DNA from: an uncultured Eubacteriales bacterium
GTDB taxonomy: Bacteria > Bacillota > Clostridia > Oscillospirales > CAG-272
NCBI GenBank assembly: GCA_934378145.1
Contig: CAKXXW010000007.1
Coordinates: forward strand, 10,053 to 74,052
Direction: 5' to 3'
DNA length: 64,000 bases
Shown here: positions 29,069 to 39,295 of the stretch, in pieces
Numbering within the stretch: position 1 is the first letter of the stretch
How the letters are laid out: each line of letters begins with the position of its first letter
Program-made: the position numbers and the translations under genes
Notes under the pieces: model-generated
Told to the model about the DNA's origin: nothing
The model's database searches: none
The model's input: the letters and a program-made list of their open reading frames with translations, nothing else

Positions 29069-29980
29069 TTATAATTCAAACAATTTCACAGTCTTCACCG
29101 CGCTGCCGTCGGGATAGTCCCTGACCTCGCCGAGCGCGAAAAAGCCGTTTTTCCCCGATATGCGGAGCCTCTCTCCGACCGGAAAAGCCGTCCCGATCTT
29201 CTTCTGATATATCTCGCACCCCGAGCGGCAGAGCCTCTCGTAAAAGGGCGCGAGCTTCAGCTCGGGAAGGTCGCAGAAAAGTGACTCAACGGGGCGCAGG
29301 CAGGCAAGCCTTTCCTCTTCGGTCATAGTCCCGAGAGTTTCAACAGTGAAGCTCTCCGAGATGTCAAAGCCCCCGCAAAGCCTTCGTTCGAGCGACGCCA
29401 TGGCGCCCCCGCAGCCGAGAGCAGCGCCTATATCGGCACAAAGCGTCCTGATATAGGTCCCGCCCGAACATTCGGCGTCAAGAATGTATTCGTCGCTCCT
29501 GTCCGTCGGGGTAATGTCAAGGGAAAATACCCTGACCTTCCTTGCCTCGCGCTCGACCTCGATGCCCTGCCGCGCGAGGTCGACGAGCTTTCTTCCCCCG
29601 ACCTTTATCGCGCTGTACATCGGAGGCACCTGCGCGATCTCTCCGACAAAGGTGCGGCAGACCTCTTCGACTCTTTCTCGCGTCGGAAGCTCATCGCACC
29701 GGGACAGCACTTTTCCCGTAGTGTCCTCGGTATCTGTCGTCAGCCCGAGCCGCAGGGTCGCACGATAGCGCTTCCTGTCGTTCACGATAAGGTCGGCAGC
29801 CTTCGCCGCCCGTCCGAGCAGAACGACGAGAACGCCCGTCGCCATCGGATCGAGCGTCCCCGTGTGTCCGACCCGACGGGTGCCGTACAGCCGCCGGATC
29901 ATATTCACGATGTCGAGCGAGGTGCAGCCCGCGTGCTTGTCTACCGGAAGCACACCGCATATCTCTTTCTTTTCGTCCAT
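29069..29980 (-). CDS. truB: tRNA pseudouridine(55) synthase
   Basis: The catalytic-Asp motif GHTGTLDPMATGVLVVLLG is present. The ATG at 29980 shares one base with the trmB stop (TGATG). The ORF-track start at 29995 is the alternative. Confidence 0.9.
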   Translation of the reverse strand: MDEKKEICGVLPVDKHAGCTSLDIVNMIRRLYGTRRVGHTGTLDPMATGVLVVLLGRAAKAADLIVNDRKRYRATLRLGLTTDTEDTTGKVLSRCDELPTRERVEEVCRTFVGEIAQVPPMYSAIKVGGRKLVDLARQGIEVEREARKVRVFSLDITPTDRSDEYILDAECSGGTYIRTLCADIGAALGCGGAMASLERRLCGGFDISESFTVETLGTMTEEERLACLRPVESLFCDLPELKLAPFYERLCRSGCEIYQKKIGTAFPVGERLRISGKNGFFALGEVRDYPDGSAVKTVKLFEL

Positions 29981-30621
29981 CAGAAGCGCACCCACGCCGA
30001 GTATATCGGCATCCCCTTCGCAGAGAACTGCGCCTCGTATTCGGTGACGACATTTTCGGCGGCATAAGGCGAATTGTGCAGGTCGCGCGTCGTCATCACG
30101 ATATCAAGTCCCGCCGCCGCGAACTGTTCGAGGGAAAATTCAAAGAGTCCCTCTTTGTCGGTCTTCTGCCTGAGCATCCCGCCCGGGACGAGGAGCTTTC
30201 TGTATATCTCGAGGAAGGAGGCATATGTAAGCCTTCTCTTGTAATATCCCGACTTCGGCCACGGGTCGGAAAAGTTCAGGTATATGCAGGAAACGCTGTG
30301 TTCGGGGAAATACTCCCCGAGAGCCGAGGCATCGGCTATCATAAAGCGGAGGTTGTCGGGGCGGCTGCACACGCTCGACTTCGCCTTCTCGAGTGCAAGG
30401 CAGGCGGCATCAGAATACTTTTCGACCGCGACAAGGTTTATCCCCTGCTCTTTTGCGGTCAGTCCGCAGGCAAAGCCGCCCTTGCCGCAGCCTATCTCAA
30501 GGCAGAGCGGGCGCTCAGCGGTAAAATATTCCCGTATGTCCTTTTCGGGCGGCGAGGGGATGAGCAGGTCGGCACAGGCGGCGATACGCTCGGCGCCGTG
30601 CTTCTTTTTACGCATCCTCAT
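29980..30621 (-). CDS. trmB: tRNA (guanine46-N7)-methyltransferase
   Basis: 213 aa. The SAM motif LEIGCGKGGF and the NFSDPWPK motif are present. ATGA overlap with the ychF stop. Confidence 0.9.
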   Translation of the reverse strand: MRMRKKKHGAERIAACADLLIPSPPEKDIREYFTAERPLCLEIGCGKGGFACGLTAKEQGINLVAVEKYSDAACLALEKAKSSVCSRPDNLRFMIADASALGEYFPEHSVSCIYLNFSDPWPKSGYYKRRLTYASFLEIYRKLLVPGGMLRQKTDKEGLFEFSLEQFAAAGLDIVMTTRDLHNSPYAAENVVTEYEAQFSAKGMPIYSAWVRF

Positions 30622-31712
30622 ACATTGAACCTGAAGACGACGATGTCGCCGTCGCGCATGACATAGTCCTTGCCCTCCGAGCGCACGAGTCCCTTCTCCT
30701 TCGCCACGGTCATACTGCCGCTCGCGATAAGGTCGTCGTACGAGATGACCTCGGCGCGTATGAATCCGCGCTCAAAGTCGGAATGTATCTTGCCGGCAGC
30801 CTGAGGCGCCTTCATGCCCTTCTTTATCGTCCATGCGCGTACCTCCTTCGGTCCCGCGGTAAGGAAGCTGCAAAGCCCGAGCAGAGAGTAGCTCTCCTTT
30901 ATCAGCCGGTCAAGTCCCGATTCCTTTATTCCGAGGTCGTCAAGGAACATCTGCTTCTCGTCGTCCTCCATAGCGGCAATCTCCGCCTCTATCGAGGCAC
31001 AGACCGGAATTATGCCCGCGCCCTCTTTTCCTGCCTCCTCGCGAAGCGCCGTATAGTATCTGTTCCCCTCGGGCTCGGTACCGACCTCGTCCTCCGGTAT
31101 GTTCGCAGCGTAGATGACCGGTTTTAGGGTAAGGAGCGTCGACTCGGCAAGGAGCTTTCTCTCGTCCTCGGTCATCTCGACAGCCCTCGCCGGTGTTCCG
31201 TCCGACAGCGCTGCGCTGACCCTCTCGAGCAGCTCAAGCTCGGAAGCGAGCGTGCGGTCGCCCTTCATAGCCTTTCTCACCCTGTCGATGCGGCGGTCGA
31301 GCATCTCTATATCGGCAAGGATCAGCTCGGTGTTGACGACGCCGGCGTCGTTCACGGGGTCGACCCTGCCGTCGACATGGATTATGTTCTGATTGTCAAA
31401 GCAGCGGACGACATGTATTATCGCGTCGACCTCACGGATATGCGACAGGAACTTGTTTCCGAGTCCCTCGCCCTGCGACGCCCCCTTCACAAGTCCCGCA
31501 ATATCAACAAATTCTATCACTGCGGGCGTGTACTTTTCGGGATGATACATCTCCGCCAGCACATCGAGCCTTCTGTCCGGAACGGCAACGACTCCGACAT
31601 TCGGCTCTATCGTGCAGAACGGGTAGTTCGCCGACTCCGCCCCCGCATTCGTCAGGGCATTGAAAAGCGTACTCTTTCCGACATTCGGAAGTCCTACTAT
31701 ACCGAGCTTCAT
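30618..31712 (-). CDS. ychF: Redox-regulated ATPase YchF
   Basis: The sequence [21 protein letters not shown] and a C-terminal TGS-like domain identify it. The ATG at 31712 follows GGAGGT. Confidence 0.93.
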   Translation of the reverse strand: MKLGIVGLPNVGKSTLFNALTNAGAESANYPFCTIEPNVGVVAVPDRRLDVLAEMYHPEKYTPAVIEFVDIAGLVKGASQGEGLGNKFLSHIREVDAIIHVVRCFDNQNIIHVDGRVDPVNDAGVVNTELILADIEMLDRRIDRVRKAMKGDRTLASELELLERVSAALSDGTPARAVEMTEDERKLLAESTLLTLKPVIYAANIPEDEVGTEPEGNRYYTALREEAGKEGAGIIPVCASIEAEIAAMEDDEKQMFLDDLGIKESGLDRLIKESYSLLGLCSFLTAGPKEVRAWTIKKGMKAPQAAGKIHSDFERGFIRAEVISYDDLIASGSMTVAKEKGLVRSEGKDYVMRDGDIVVFRFNV

Positions 31713-31976
31713 AAATCTACCTCCGCCTTCACACAAAGGTGAAGACCTCTTTCTCTTTTATAATGGTTCTATTATATACCTTTTGAAGGCTTTTGGCAAG
31801 CGGAAAATAAATATTTGAATTATTTCTTCAAAAACCCTTTTCAAAACGCGGAATGTGTGCTATAATGTGAATATATGGGAGAATTCCAATTGAATGCGTA
31901 AATTTTCACTCCGTTTTCACATGGTTTCCCCGAAGGTATTTTAAAATTATTGTAAATACAACTACAGGAGGTCAAT

Positions 31977-32669
31977 ATGTTAGATACCAAAATTCTCGTA
32001 GTCGACGATGATCCCAATATCTGTGATATGCTGAAGATCTATTTTGAGAACGAAGGCTACGATGTCAAAACAGTCAATGATGGCGTTGAAGGTGTGAACT
32101 TCTTCAAGATGTTTGAGCCTGACCTCGTTCTTCTTGACATCATGCTTCCGAAAAAGGACGGCTATCAGGTCTGCCGCGAGATCCGTGAAGTCTCGTCGAA
32201 ACCCATTATCATGGTCACCGCAAAGGGTGAGATCATAGACAAGGTCCTCGGACTTGAGCTTGGTGCCGATGATTTCGTCGTAAAGCCCTTCGATATGAAA
32301 GAGCTTTCGTCAAGGATCAAGGCGGTCCTTCGTCGCTACCAGGCACACACGAAACAGAGCGACGACGAAGTCGTTAAATTCGAAAACATCGAGATAAGCC
32401 TTCAGAAATATGAGCTGAAGCTCAAGGGCAAGTCGATAGACATCCCGCCCAAGGAACTCGAGCTTCTCTACTTCCTTGCCTCGAACTACAACCGCGTGTT
32501 CACCCGCGATCAGCTTCTTGACAAGGTATGGGGCTTCGACTACTTCGGCGACTCCCGCACCGTGGATGTTCATGTAAAGCGTCTGCGTGAGAAACTCGAG
32601 GGCGTTTCCGACAAGTGGGTACTTAAGACCGTCTGGGGCGTCGGATATAAATTCGAGTTGCTTAGCTGA
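31977..32669 (+). CDS. OmpR-family response regulator (WalR/YycF-like)
   Basis: 230 aa. The receiver domain (ILVVDDD...DLVLLDIMLPKKDG) and winged-helix C-terminus (VWGFDYFGDSRTVDVHVKRLREKL) are present. AGGAGG RBS. Confidence 0.9.
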   Translation: MLDTKILVVDDDPNICDMLKIYFENEGYDVKTVNDGVEGVNFFKMFEPDLVLLDIMLPKKDGYQVCREIREVSSKPIIMVTAKGEIIDKVLGLELGADDFVVKPFDMKELSSRIKAVLRRYQAHTKQSDDEVVKFENIEISLQKYELKLKGKSIDIPPKELELLYFLASNYNRVFTRDQLLDKVWGFDYFGDSRTVDVHVKRLREKLEGVSDKWVLKTVWGVGYKFELLS

Positions 32670-32747
32670 ATAAAACCGATATAATGCTGCAGGGGGACTT
32701 TTCTCCTGCGGCATTATGCCATATACGGATCTTTCACCGGAGTGACT

Positions 32748-34229
32748 ATGTTCAAAAGTATATTTTCAAAGTATATAAGTGCGTTTATGGTGATAATCCT
32801 GCTGTCCTTCACGGCGCTTGTCGTCATAACAACGGTAACGGTCAGCCGCTTCTCTCAGGAAGAGAACGAAAAAGCCGTCATGCGCGCAATGGAATCGGCA
32901 AGCGACTATATCTCGGCGAAGGTCAACGCCTCCGACGGATATTCCGACAGCGGGGACACACCGCGTATCCGCCGCTTCATAGAGTCGGAGGGCGATTCAT
33001 TCAAGCGCACGATGAAGATAATAACAAAGTACACCGACGGTCTTACGGTCATGATAACCGACCCCGCCGGCAATATCCTTATGATAGTCGACAGCGACTA
33101 TGTGCGCTATCCGACCGGTCTTTCGATAGCCGTCGAGGATATGAGCAGCTTCAACAGCGGGAACGAGCTTGACTTTCTCCACGGAGTGAAGGGAGTTTTC
33201 GACGACACCCGTACCGCCTCGGCTTCCGCCATAACCTACGGAAACGAGCATATCGGAAATGTCTTTGTCTGCGTCCCGACGGGCGAGTCCTACCTTCGCA
33301 GCGTCATCGTCAAGACGATAATCCTTGCAAGCCTCTGGGTGATGCTCGCCGCGCTCGTGGCGGTCTACTTCATCACCGAGATGATAACGAAACCGCTCAA
33401 CGATATGCGCAATGCCGTGAAGAATTTCGCCTCGGGCGACTATACCGTGAGGATCCCCGTCAAGGGAAGCACCGAGATCGCGGAGCTTGCCTCGGCGTTC
33501 AACGGAATGGCTGAATCCATCGAAGCGTCCGAAAAGATGCGCAATACCTTCATGGCAAATGTATCGCACGATCTCCGCACGCCGATGACCACAATAGCCG
33601 GCTTCATCGACAGCATACTGTCGGGTGCCATCCCGCCCGAAAAACACGAATATTACCTCAATGTGATAGCGACCGAGGTCAGAAGGCTCTCGCGCCTTGT
33701 CTCCCAGCTCCTTGATATATCAAGGCTTCAGGCGGGCGACAGGAAGTTCAATATGCAGCCCTTCGATGTCTGCGAAATGGCACGCCAGATCCTCATCTCC
33801 TTCGAGCAGAAGATCGACGCAAAGCGCCTTGATGTCTCGTTTGAATGTGACAGCGACAATATGTTCGCCGTTGCCGACCGCGATGCGATCTACCAGATAC
33901 TGTATAATATCTGCGACAACGCGGTAAAATTCTCTTACGAGGGCGGAAAGCTCGCGCTGAACATCAGCCGCTCGGAGGACGAAAAGCTGCTCGTCTCGGT
34001 CTATAACGAGGGTCAGGGTATCTCGGAAGAGGACCTTCCCTATGTCTTCGAGCGGTTCTACAAGGGCGACAAGAGCCGCGGGCTTGACAAGACCGGGGTC
34101 GGACTCGGCATGTTCATAGCAAAGACCATCATCGACGCCCATCATCAGACCATCTCGGTCGACAGCGAATACGGCAAATACTGCCGTTTCAGATTTACTC
34201 TTGCAGCCGCAAAGGAGCAGAATCAATGA
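32748..34229 (+). CDS. Sensor histidine kinase (HAMP-HisKA-HATPase)
   Basis: Two TM helices, the H-box FMANVSHDLRTPMT, and N/G boxes (NAVKFS, GVGLGM). The ATG at 32748 is 5 nt after GGAG. The GTG at 32742 is the alternative start. Confidence 0.85.
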   Translation: MFKSIFSKYISAFMVIILLSFTALVVITTVTVSRFSQEENEKAVMRAMESASDYISAKVNASDGYSDSGDTPRIRRFIESEGDSFKRTMKIITKYTDGLTVMITDPAGNILMIVDSDYVRYPTGLSIAVEDMSSFNSGNELDFLHGVKGVFDDTRTASASAITYGNEHIGNVFVCVPTGESYLRSVIVKTIILASLWVMLAALVAVYFITEMITKPLNDMRNAVKNFASGDYTVRIPVKGSTEIAELASAFNGMAESIEASEKMRNTFMANVSHDLRTPMTTIAGFIDSILSGAIPPEKHEYYLNVIATEVRRLSRLVSQLLDISRLQAGDRKFNMQPFDVCEMARQILISFEQKIDAKRLDVSFECDSDNMFAVADRDAIYQILYNICDNAVKFSYEGGKLALNISRSEDEKLLVSVYNEGQGISEEDLPYVFERFYKGDKSRGLDKTGVGLGMFIAKTIIDAHHQTISVDSEYGKYCRFRFTLAAAKEQNQ

Positions 34230-35638
34230 TTGATGAAGAAAGAAACGACAACATTCAGCCCGGATCGGAACCGGCAAACGAGCCTGCGCCCGCACCCGAA
34301 AGCGAACCTTCAACAGAACCCGTAGCCGAACCCGTAAGCGAACCCGCAAGCGAACCCGCAAGCGAGCCGAACCCTTCGCCGGCTCACGCCGCAGCTCCCG
34401 CAAAGGAAAACGAAAGCGCACGCTTTGTCTACCATTGGAAGGGCGGAGAGGGCAAAAAGGAGTCAACGCGCACGGCAAAGGGTGCGATGACCTTCGGCAT
34501 CGTTATGCTCTCGGCATTCCTTATCGCCCTCGCGGCGCTGATCGGAGTGCTGGCATTCCTTCCCGGAAACGGCAGCAAGGTCGTCTATGTCCATGACCGC
34601 GACGAGACCAACGCGACCCTCACGGTACAGGAGACCGCCGACCTCTGCAATCCCTTCACGGTAGCGATACAGACAAGGACCGCGCTTACTACCGGCTCGA
34701 TAGGCACGGGCGTTATCATGACCGAGGACGGATACATCATCACAAACTACCATGTCGTGAAGGATGCCATGACGATAACGGTCTACACCTTCGACGGCAA
34801 TACCTACGGCGGGCGCACCGTCGGATACGACGAGGGGCGCGACATCGCGGTCGTGAAGATAACCCCCACCGGTAATGAAAAGTTCCCCGTCGCGAAAACG
34901 GCGGACTATGACAGCGTCCTCACGGGCGACAGGGTCGTCGCCATAGGCACTCCCTCGAGCCTTGAGTGTGCGTGGACCCTCACCGTCGGTAATGTGTCCT
35001 ACGCCAAGCGCACACTGAAGATGAGCGACGGCACACAGCATCAGGTCATCCAGTTCGACGCCGCGGTCAATCCCGGGAACTCGGGCGGACCCCTGATAAA
35101 CGACAAGGGCGAGGTCATCGGCATCGTCCAGCTCAAGATCGACCAGAACGACGGAATCGGCTTCGCGATCCCCGTCAGCACGATAACCGACCTCTTTGAA
35201 CAGCTCAAGGCGGATGACAAGACCCGCCCCTACCTCGGGATAACGATAGTCAATGTCCAGAAGGACACCGAGCTGTACTTCACCGGCAACTCGGCTGCCG
35301 TGGTCACTACCGAGGCACCGGGCAAGAAGTTCTACTATAACGAAGGCAAAAAGGTCTACCTTTCCGACACAGCGGAAACAGTCACGGCAAGCGCGACAGG
35401 ACTCTATGTCAGAGAGATAAGTGACGGCTCGGGCTGCAAGGGTGTCCTCCTTCCGGGAGACATTATAACCGTCTTTGACGGTCAGACCCTTGTCTACGAT
35501 CCGGCGAACGGTACCCTTCCCGACCTTACGGTGTTTGAGATGCTGAATTCGAAGAAGGCGGGCGACAAGGTAACTATGACGGTCGACAGAAACGGCACCT
35601 CCGTAGATGTCACGGTCACACTCGCCGCCAAGAACTGA
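34226..35638 (+). CDS. HtrA/DegP-type trypsin-like serine protease with an N-terminal Pro/Glu-rich repeat, a TM anchor and a C-terminal PDZ-like domain
   Basis: The catalytic triad context is TNYHVV, DIAVVK and GNSGGPL. ATGA overlap with the kinase stop. 470 aa. Confidence 0.85.
   Translation: MIDEERNDNIQPGSEPANEPAPAPESEPSTEPVAEPVSEPASEPASEPNPSPAHAAAPAKENESARFVYHWKGGEGKKESTRTAKGAMTFGIVMLSAFLIALAALIGVLAFLPGNGSKVVYVHDRDETNATLTVQETADLCNPFTVAIQTRTALTTGSIGTGVIMTEDGYIITNYHVVKDAMTITVYTFDGNTYGGRTVGYDEGRDIAVVKITPTGNEKFPVAKTADYDSVLTGDRVVAIGTPSSLECAWTLTVGNVSYAKRTLKMSDGTQHQVIQFDAAVNPGNSGGPLINDKGEVIGIVQLKIDQNDGIGFAIPVSTITDLFEQLKADDKTRPYLGITIVNVQKDTELYFTGNSAAVVTTEAPGKKFYYNEGKKVYLSDTAETVTASATGLYVREISDGSGCKGVLLPGDIITVFDGQTLVYDPANGTLPDLTVFEMLNSKKAGDKVTMTVDRNGTSVDVTVTLAAKN
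34325..34372 (+). repeat. In-frame 12-bp tandem repeat (agcgaacccgca) encoding the (S/A)EPx units of the protease N-terminus
   Basis: Two perfect units at 34337-34348 and 34349-34360, flanked by degenerate units. Translation is EPVAEPVSEPASEPASEP. Confidence 0.7.
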
Positions 35639-35650
35639 ATAACAAAAAAA

Positions 35651-35687
35651 ATACAGCCTCCGCAAACATCGTTTGCGGAGGCTGTAT
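35651..35687. terminator. Bidirectional rho-independent terminator
   Basis: A 17-bp stem, atacagcctccgcaaac-atc-gtttgcggaggctgtat, with an A-run 5' and a T-run 3', lies between convergent genes. Confidence 0.8.
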
Positions 35688-35693
35688 TTTTGA

Positions 35694-36575
35694 TCAGAGA
35701 GCTTCGTATTTGCTTATCCAATAGCGTCCGACATCCTGCATAAACTTTGCCGCGAGCGGGAATTCCGCCAGCTCGAAGTTTGCGAAGAAGGCATCCGCCT
35801 CGTAGGTGAACTCACCCTTGTAACCTGTGTCGTGAAGCGCCTGTATCACGGCGTTGTAGTCTATCCTGCCGTGTCCTATCACAGTGTGCTGGTCGGCAAG
35901 GTAGTTGTTGTCGTGGACATGAAGCGCCTCGAGCCTTCCTCCGATCGTCCGTATGACCTCTGCGGGGTCGCGTCCGACAAGCACCACATGACCGATGTCA
36001 AGGCAGGCGTTGAAGACGGGCGAGAAGGAATTCAGCTCGTCGATGTAGGCATTCATCTCGGCGGGATCAGCCAGGGTATCGTCGACTATGTACTTTCTTA
36101 TCGGGTCCCTCTGCCACATATTTTCGAGCGAGATCTTCACGCCCGCCGCCTCTGCATAAGGGATCAGCGAACGGTAAAACTCCATATTCTTCTCAAATAT
36201 CTCCTGCGCATGTCCCGCATAGACGAAATGATGCAGGGGGTGGACGACAAGGTTCCTCACTCCGAGAAGTCCGGCGACCTCTATCGACCTTATCGTGTCG
36301 GGCATAAATCTGTTCTCGAAGACGCCTTCTTCGTTGAACTTGTACGAGAAAGGCGAATGTCCCTGATTGAAATACATCCCGTAGTCCTCGCACTTTTTTC
36401 TCAGCGCTGCGGCGTGTTCGCGGTAGTCCTCCTGCTGCCATACGCACTCGGGGTCGCAGCACATAGAGAACATCGAAATGTCGAGCGCATCGTAACCGGC
36501 ATAGGCGAGGAGCTTAAGTCCCGCGTCCTCTCCGAGCTTACCGAAGGCTCTCGAGGTCTGTGTCGAAAGTTTCAT
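35694..36575 (-). CDS. Sugar phosphate isomerase/epimerase (xylose-isomerase-like TIM barrel)
   Basis: 293 aa. The pattern LGVRNLVVHP...ISLENM...LDIGH...HVHDN of metal-binding residues is typical of AP-endonuclease-2/xylose-isomerase-like TIM barrels. Confidence 0.75.
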   Translation of the reverse strand: MKLSTQTSRAFGKLGEDAGLKLLAYAGYDALDISMFSMCCDPECVWQQEDYREHAAALRKKCEDYGMYFNQGHSPFSYKFNEEGVFENRFMPDTIRSIEVAGLLGVRNLVVHPLHHFVYAGHAQEIFEKNMEFYRSLIPYAEAAGVKISLENMWQRDPIRKYIVDDTLADPAEMNAYIDELNSFSPVFNACLDIGHVVLVGRDPAEVIRTIGGRLEALHVHDNNYLADQHTVIGHGRIDYNAVIQALHDTGYKGEFTYEADAFFANFELAEFPLAAKFMQDVGRYWISKYEAL

Positions 36576-36611
36576 GGATCTTTACCTGCCCCTTCGCAGA
36601 AGGGCTTCCTT

Positions 36612-37112
36612 TCAGAATATTTTTTTATGTTTATTGAGCTTTTCAAGAGGAAACAGTACCGCGTATCCGAGGATCCACGCCGAGATCACCTCTCCGGCAC
36701 CGACAGTCAGCATCATAAACCATATCGCGTCGGGCGCGCCGTAGGCGTATCTCAGCACGAAGGGAACTATGAGCGTGTTTGCGACGACCGTGGGGAGCGG
36801 AACGAGCCATTTGCACCTTCTGATAAGGTAGCCGAGGATCGCGCCGATGAGCGTCGCAAGCGAGCCGAAGATGACATCCCACACGACCGCCCCCGTCAGA
36901 AGGTTCGAGATCAGGCAGCCTATCGTGAGTCCCGGTATCGCCGCGGGGGTGAAGCAGACGAGAACGCAGAGCGCCTCCGACAGCCGGCACTGAATGACCC
37001 CGCCCTGCAATCCGAGAAGCGCCGAAAGCTCGGTCAGCACGGTGTAGAGCGCCGCGATCGCCGCGGCATAGCAGATGAAACGGACCCTGTTACTGTTTTT
37101 CTGGGTGGACAT
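36612..37112 (-). CDS. queT: QueT-family queuosine-precursor transporter
   Basis: 166-aa polytopic protein containing SEALCVLVCFTPAAIPGLTIGCLISNLL...DVIFGSLATLIGA. It lies directly behind a preQ1-I riboswitch. Confidence 0.8.
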   Translation of the reverse strand: MSTQKNSNRVRFICYAAAIAALYTVLTELSALLGLQGGVIQCRLSEALCVLVCFTPAAIPGLTIGCLISNLLTGAVVWDVIFGSLATLIGAILGYLIRRCKWLVPLPTVVANTLIVPFVLRYAYGAPDAIWFMMLTVGAGEVISAWILGYAVLFPLEKLNKHKKIF

Positions 37113-37120
37113 GTTTTTTT

Positions 37121-37163
37121 CTCCTTAGTTTTAATTTAAGTGAGGATGGTTACGAACTCACTG
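37121..37163 (-). promoter_or_regulatory. preQ1-I riboswitch (Rfam RF00522)
   Basis: The minus strand reads GUGAG-UUCGUAACCAUC-CUCAC-UUAAAUUAAAACUAAGGAG. This is a P1 stem, a conserved loop, and an A-rich tail whose ACUAAGG overlaps the queT Shine-Dalgarno. The architecture matches B. subtilis queC (AGAGGUUCUAGCUACACCCUCUAUAAAAAACUAA). Confidence 0.7.
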
Positions 37164-37175
37164 TTATTCGGTTTT

Positions 37176-38450
37176 TTATTTCAGTCCGAGGAAGGCGCTC
37201 TTTATTTCGCCGTACATATAGAGCGAGCCGAGCGCGATCAACGGAATATTCTTGCTCTTTGCATAGTCCACGGCGGTACGAACTGCCTCTTCCGTGCTGT
37301 CAAATGGCTTTGCCGGCGCCGAGCAGGCTTCAAAATCCTTTGCATAGAGCGAAGGTTCGAGTGCGCGCGGGTTCGGCGGCTTTAAGATAAACACGCTGTC
37401 GGCGACCGTCGAAAGCTCCCTTGCCATAGAGGTGTGATCCTTGTCGCGCAGGACTCCGGTGAGAAGGCAGACCTTCTCTCCTCCGAAGTAATGCTTTATG
37501 CTCATGATAGCCGCAGCGATGCCCTCCGGATTGTGTGAGCCGTCGATGATGAAGAGCGGATCCTTCTCCGAGAGCTTCTCGAATCTGCCCTTCCATTTCG
37601 CCTCAGCCATTCCCTTTACAAGAGCTTCCTCGGGGATGTCAAGTCCGCGCCTCCGAAGCTCACGCACGGTGCTTATCGCCGTCGCCGCGTTGTAGGGCTG
37701 GTAAAGTCCGAGCAGCCCGAGCCTTACCTTCTCACCGTCGTATTCAAGCTCGGTTCCCGAAAGGTCGCACGAGGTGACATTGATCTTTTCCCTGTCGACC
37801 GCGAAAAAGTCGCACCCGCGCTCTTTTGCGGCAGTCCCGATGACCTCCAGAGCCTCGGGCGATCCTCCTCCGAAGATGACAGGCACGCCGGGCTTGATTA
37901 TCCCCGCCTTTTCGTGCGCTATCTTCTCCACCGTGTCGCCGAGTATCGCGGTGTGATCGAGCGAGATGCCCGTTATCACAGAGACGAGAGGCGTCTTTAT
38001 TATGTTCGTCGCGTCGAGCCTGCCTCCCATCCCGACCTCAAGCACGACGGGGTCGCACTTATGCCTTGCGAAAAAGAGCATCGCGACCGCAGTGATAAGC
38101 TCGAATTCGGTGGGTTTATCCTTCATAGACTCGGCAAAGGGTCTTACATAGGAGGTCAGCTCGGCAAGCTCCCCGTCGGAGATCTCCCTGCCGTCGCAGA
38201 CCATGCGCTCGTTGAAGCGTTCAAGGTAGGGCGAGGTGTAAAGCCCCGTATGGTATCCCGCCGCGCGAAGCACCGAATCGGTCATCGCGCTGACCGAGCC
38301 TTTTCCGTTCGTCCCCGCAATATGGATAAAACGAAGGCTGTCCTGCGGATCTCCGAGCAGTGACAGAAGCTCCCCTACCCTTTCAAGGCCCGGGCGCGTC
38401 CCCCCGAAAAATCCGCAGTGGATATATTCAAGCGATTCCTGATAGTTCAT
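37176..38450 (-). CDS. folC: Bifunctional folylpolyglutamate synthase / dihydrofolate synthase
   Basis: 424 aa with the Mur-ligase P-loop HIAGTNGKGS. ATGA overlap with the folT stop. Confidence 0.9.
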   Translation of the reverse strand: MNYQESLEYIHCGFFGGTRPGLERVGELLSLLGDPQDSLRFIHIAGTNGKGSVSAMTDSVLRAAGYHTGLYTSPYLERFNERMVCDGREISDGELAELTSYVRPFAESMKDKPTEFELITAVAMLFFARHKCDPVVLEVGMGGRLDATNIIKTPLVSVITGISLDHTAILGDTVEKIAHEKAGIIKPGVPVIFGGGSPEALEVIGTAAKERGCDFFAVDREKINVTSCDLSGTELEYDGEKVRLGLLGLYQPYNAATAISTVRELRRRGLDIPEEALVKGMAEAKWKGRFEKLSEKDPLFIIDGSHNPEGIAAAIMSIKHYFGGEKVCLLTGVLRDKDHTSMARELSTVADSVFILKPPNPRALEPSLYAKDFEACSAPAKPFDSTEEAVRTAVDYAKSKNIPLIALGSLYMYGEIKSAFLGLK

Positions 38451-39052
38451 TTTTTCTTTTCAGTCAACCTTTCGAGCTGTGCGCGGAACACGCGGCTCCG
38501 CATCAGCAGACAGATCACGGTAAATTCGGCGATCCCCGTTATGGTGTAGACAAGGAGCCTCCATCCCATCAGCTCAAGGATCCCCATATTGTATTTTGTA
38601 AGGTACCATGCGGCAAGCCCGAACGACTTCACGACGACCGAGCCGACAAGATGCGAGAAAAGCACCGAAAGCCCGACGGAAAGCACGAGCGGCTTCCTTA
38701 TAAGATAGTGTGACACGGCGCCCGAAACAAAGCCGACCGCAGCCGCGCCGAGCGTTATCAGCGGGTTTATCGTGTAGCCGTAAAGCAGGCAACCGACAAG
38801 ATCGGCGACGGCTCCCGTCATCGCCCCGACGAGAGGCCCGAAGCATATTCCGGCTATCATCAGCGGAAGATTCTCGAAGCTGATCCTGATTACCTCCATA
38901 AACGGGTTCGGGATCTGAAGAAATTTTCCGAGGATGAAGCTCATTGCGGCAAGAAGCGCCGCGGCGACGATGATCCTCAGCCTTGTCGGTGCGCGAAGAT
39001 CGGAGATAAGAGTTTCTTTAAGGGTCTGCTTTTTTGTAATCGAGTTTTCCAT
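38447..39052 (-). CDS. folT: Folate-family ECF transporter S component
   Basis: The ATG at 39052 follows AAGGAGG. The ORF-track start at 39112 falls in the riboswitch expression platform. The polytopic protein contains FENLPLMIAGICFGPLVGAMTGAVADLVG. A THF riboswitch lies upstream. Confidence 0.8.
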   Translation of the reverse strand: MENSITKKQTLKETLISDLRAPTRLRIIVAAALLAAMSFILGKFLQIPNPFMEVIRISFENLPLMIAGICFGPLVGAMTGAVADLVGCLLYGYTINPLITLGAAAVGFVSGAVSHYLIRKPLVLSVGLSVLFSHLVGSVVVKSFGLAAWYLTKYNMGILELMGWRLLVYTITGIAEFTVICLLMRSRVFRAQLERLTEKKK

Positions 39053-39179
39053 ATAAAATTCCTCCTTTTTCCCGTATTCGGTCAAAAGGAAGTGCAGAAA
39101 AAAAGCCCTCACATAAACCGACGGTCAAGATAAAAGGGACCGTCGCTCCATGCGGCAGTCCCCTATCAATTACCGTTTG

Positions 39180-39290
39180 CCGTATAAAGCGGGATGCAGA
39201 ACGGTGACCGCGTCGGGTATCCCCGACTTCGTCCGGACGGCAACTCCCCGTCCCTCCGGCACTTCACGCCATCGCTCTTACTCTTTTACG
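39180..39290 (-). promoter_or_regulatory. THF (tetrahydrofolate) riboswitch (Rfam RF01831)
   Basis: The minus strand reads aaagAGUAAGagcgauGGCGUGAAGUGccggaGGGAcgg...ggaCGAAGucgg...ccgACGCGGucaccguucUGCAUCCCGCUuua. The conserved AGAGUAG, GCGUG.AGUG, GGGA, CGAAG, GCGCGG-like and UGCAUCCGCU blocks are present. A terminator-like stem and U-run follow at about 39127-39165. Confidence 0.75.
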
Positions 39291-39295
39291 GTATA

